NCBI RefSeq assembly: GCF_036321535.1
Contig: NC_087451.1
Location: 15,686,001 to 15,750,000 of the forward strand
Source: Camelus dromedarius
Lineage: Eukaryota
DNA: 64,000 nucleotides
Direction of reading: 5' to 3'
Below, piece after piece: positions 61,636 to 64,000 of this stretch (positions are counted from its first letter, which is position 1; every line of letters starts with the position of its first letter). The translations under genes were made by a program, and so were the position numbers. The notes below the pieces were generated by a model. That model ran no database searches. It was not told the origin of the DNA and was given only the letters and a program-made list of their open reading frames with translations.

Positions 61636-62045
61636 ATACAAAACAAAAAACCAATTATGGTAGTAACATCAAAGATCACAGATTATCAAATACCATATGA
61701 TATCACTTATGTGGCATCTAAAAAAAAAAGACAGACAAACTTATTTATAAAACAGAAAGAGACTCATAGACATAGAAAACGAACTTATGGTTGCCGGGGG
61801 GAGAGGGTGGGAAGGGGTAAATTGGGAGTTTGGGATTTGCAGATACTGACTGGTATATATAAAACAGATAAACAAGTTTATTTTGTATAGCACAGGGAAC
61901 TATATTCGATATCTTGTAGTAGCTTACGGTGAAAAAGAATAAGAAAACGAATATATGTATATTCATGTATGACCGAAGCATTGTGCTGTACACCAGAAAT
62001 TGGCACAACATTGTAAACTGACTATACCTCAACTAAAAAAAAAAA
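61636..62045 (+). mobile_element. LINE-1 3' end with A tail
   Basis: 'gagactcatagacatagaaaacgaacttatggttgcc...cacagggaactatattcgatatcttgtag...tgtaaactgactatacctcaactaaaaaaaaaa'. Confidence 0.8.
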
Positions 62046-62499
62046 TCACAGATTATCGTAACAAACATAATGAGAAAGTCTGAANNNNNNNNNNNNNNNN
62101 NNNNNNNNNNNNNNNNNNNNNNNNNNNNNNNNNNNNNNNNNNNNNNNNNNNNNNNNNNNNNNNNNNNNNNNNNNNNNNNNNNNNNNNNNNNNNNNNNNNN
62201 NNNNNNNNNNNNNNNNNACGCAATAAAGCAAAGCATAATAAAACGAGGTCTGCTTGTGAGAGGAGAAGCCTGTGGCAGCAATGGACAACAGAGCGGGTAA
62301 CAGAGGAGTCAAAACAGAAAGGAACTCATGAAACCAATGAAGCAGGTGGCTGCCCACCAACAGGAAGGCTGATCATGCGGGACTGGAAGGAGAGGGGCTC
62401 CATGAGAGGTGGGGGAACCCCAACTGAGCCCCAGTAATGCCCGGAGGGCAGGCAGACGAGGGTATGCAAAGCTCCCATGAAAGTCAGGCAGAGTTAACT

Positions 62500-63800
62500 T
62501 CTCAAAGCTCTACAAAAACCGGTCAAAGAAATAAGGGCGGCGGGAGGGGGGAATATATAAATATCAGAAAGACTCCGAAGTACCATTATGGGCAGATAGG
62601 AATTTCTCCTTAGAAAATTCGAGAGAATCAATAGACAAGCTATTAAAAAATAAAAGAGTCCAGTAAAGTAGCAGATAAGATAAACATTCAAAACAACCAA
62701 CTTTTCTAAATACAAACTCTGTATAAATCAGTCAAGGGGAAAAAAGGTATTTTTCACAGTAGCAATAAAAAATATAAATGCAAAATATAATACAGCTAGA
62801 AACTGAAGTCTTTGTAAACTAAGACCTCTCTGAAGAAAATTACAAAATCTCGTTGTAGTGTGTTTTTAAAAATCTCAGCAAGTGGACATTTAAACTAAAA
62901 CACCAAAGGGTTTCTTTTGGGAATCTGAAAAACTGATATTAAGAATTACCTAAAAAAAAATACAATCAATGATTTGAATGAAAATGACCTAACAGATATC
63001 AAAATTTACTGCAAAGTTAAAATGAAAACTAGCATCAAAAACAGAATACCATTTTCTACACTGATCAGATTAGCAAAATAGCTAAAATCTGAGGGTGCCC
63101 AGTGGTGGCAAAGGCACTTACGTATATTCTAAGTGGGCGTATACACCAGCAAAAACTTTTTTGGAAGTTAAGTTACATCCTATATGGAAATTTTAAATGC
63201 ACATAACCTTTGAGCCAGTAATTGTGCAGGGAAGTTAACCATCAATATACTTGAAAAGCACACCAGGATACCTGTTTAAAGATTATCATCACACCTTTTC
63301 GTTGTAATAAAAAAAAGAAATGGAAGCAATCTAAATATCCACCTGTAGGGACTTGTGTAAATTCTGACATATCCACATATAACACAGTAAATTATGGAGC
63401 AGTTAAAGAGAAAGGGGTAGACATGCAGGTGCTGGTGTTGAAGGATCTTCCTAAAGTCTATGAGATGAAAAAGCCAGGGCAGAACACTACAATCTAATTC
63501 CACTAAAAAGTTTACGCTGGTGTGTACACAGGAGTATTCTGAAGGAAAACCTGAAAAACCATTAACCATGGTTGCTTTTGGAAAGAGGCATTAGAGGTGA
63601 GAAAGAAGGAGGAGACTTACTTTTCATGCTTTAGACCCCTATGTGCTGTTTTGAATTTATCATTTGTATAAAGTTAAAAAAAAAATGTGGTTCCTTCAAC
63701 TGTAGTACTGGTACAGGAACAAACAGATCAGTGGGATGAAACTAAATGTCCAAGATATTTTTATATATATACACACACATATATTAAATATATACCATCT
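62500..63800 (+). mobile_element. Highly degenerate old LINE-1 fragments
   Basis: A-rich sequence with L1-like motifs ('atcagattagcaaaa', 'ggaagcaatctaaatatccacc'). Confidence 0.5.
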
Positions 63801-64000
63801 ATGAATTTCATGAATGGTTTCAGCAAAACTTCAAATCATCAGTAAACATTTCAATAAATGATACAGACAACCGTGATTCATTTAGAATAAGACAGTTAGA
63901 CTCAAGGTCATCAAGGAAACGGAAACCACTCCAGATATTTTAAACAGAAAGTGACTTAATACTGGGAGTTCAGTTTCAAATTTGTTGGGAGGGCTGGAAA

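Noticed and set aside
53700-64000. Searched for further genes (e.g. ITGAE 3' exons) or RNA genes upstream of P2RX5
   Set aside because: Only repeats, simple repeats and unassigned unique DNA; no exon-like segment with recognisable protein similarity

Overview
Mammalian genomic DNA, most likely a camelid (inferred from tRNA-Ala-derived SINEs with the 'ggaggtaattaggttt' tail), from a gapped assembly with five N-runs. It holds the conserved SHPK-CTNS-TAX1BP3-EMC6-P2RX5 cluster: SHPK exons 1-2 (-), CTNS (+; all coding exons visible except exon 11, which falls in an N gap), TAX1BP3 (-; 4 exons, 124 aa), EMC6 (+; 110 aa) and P2RX5 (-; 12 shared coding exons plus two candidate terminal exons). Exon boundaries were set by hand from GT/AG sites, reading phase and recalled human/rodent proteins; no database search was run. 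Most ORFs in the supplied track are spurious (alternative starts, intron read-through, repeats). I found no wholly new gene system. The best leads are: (1) the cystinosin-LKG alternative tail has intact splice sites but carries a premature TGA and a changed terminal motif (SSLKD); (2) P2RX5 keeps both a rodent-type and a human-type last exon; (3) an approximately 600-bp direct repeat brackets the SHPK/CTNS bidirectional promoter; (4) the P2RX5 leader combines a G-quadruplex, upstream ATGs and a splice donor; (5) CTNS and TAX1BP3 3' ends probably overlap.
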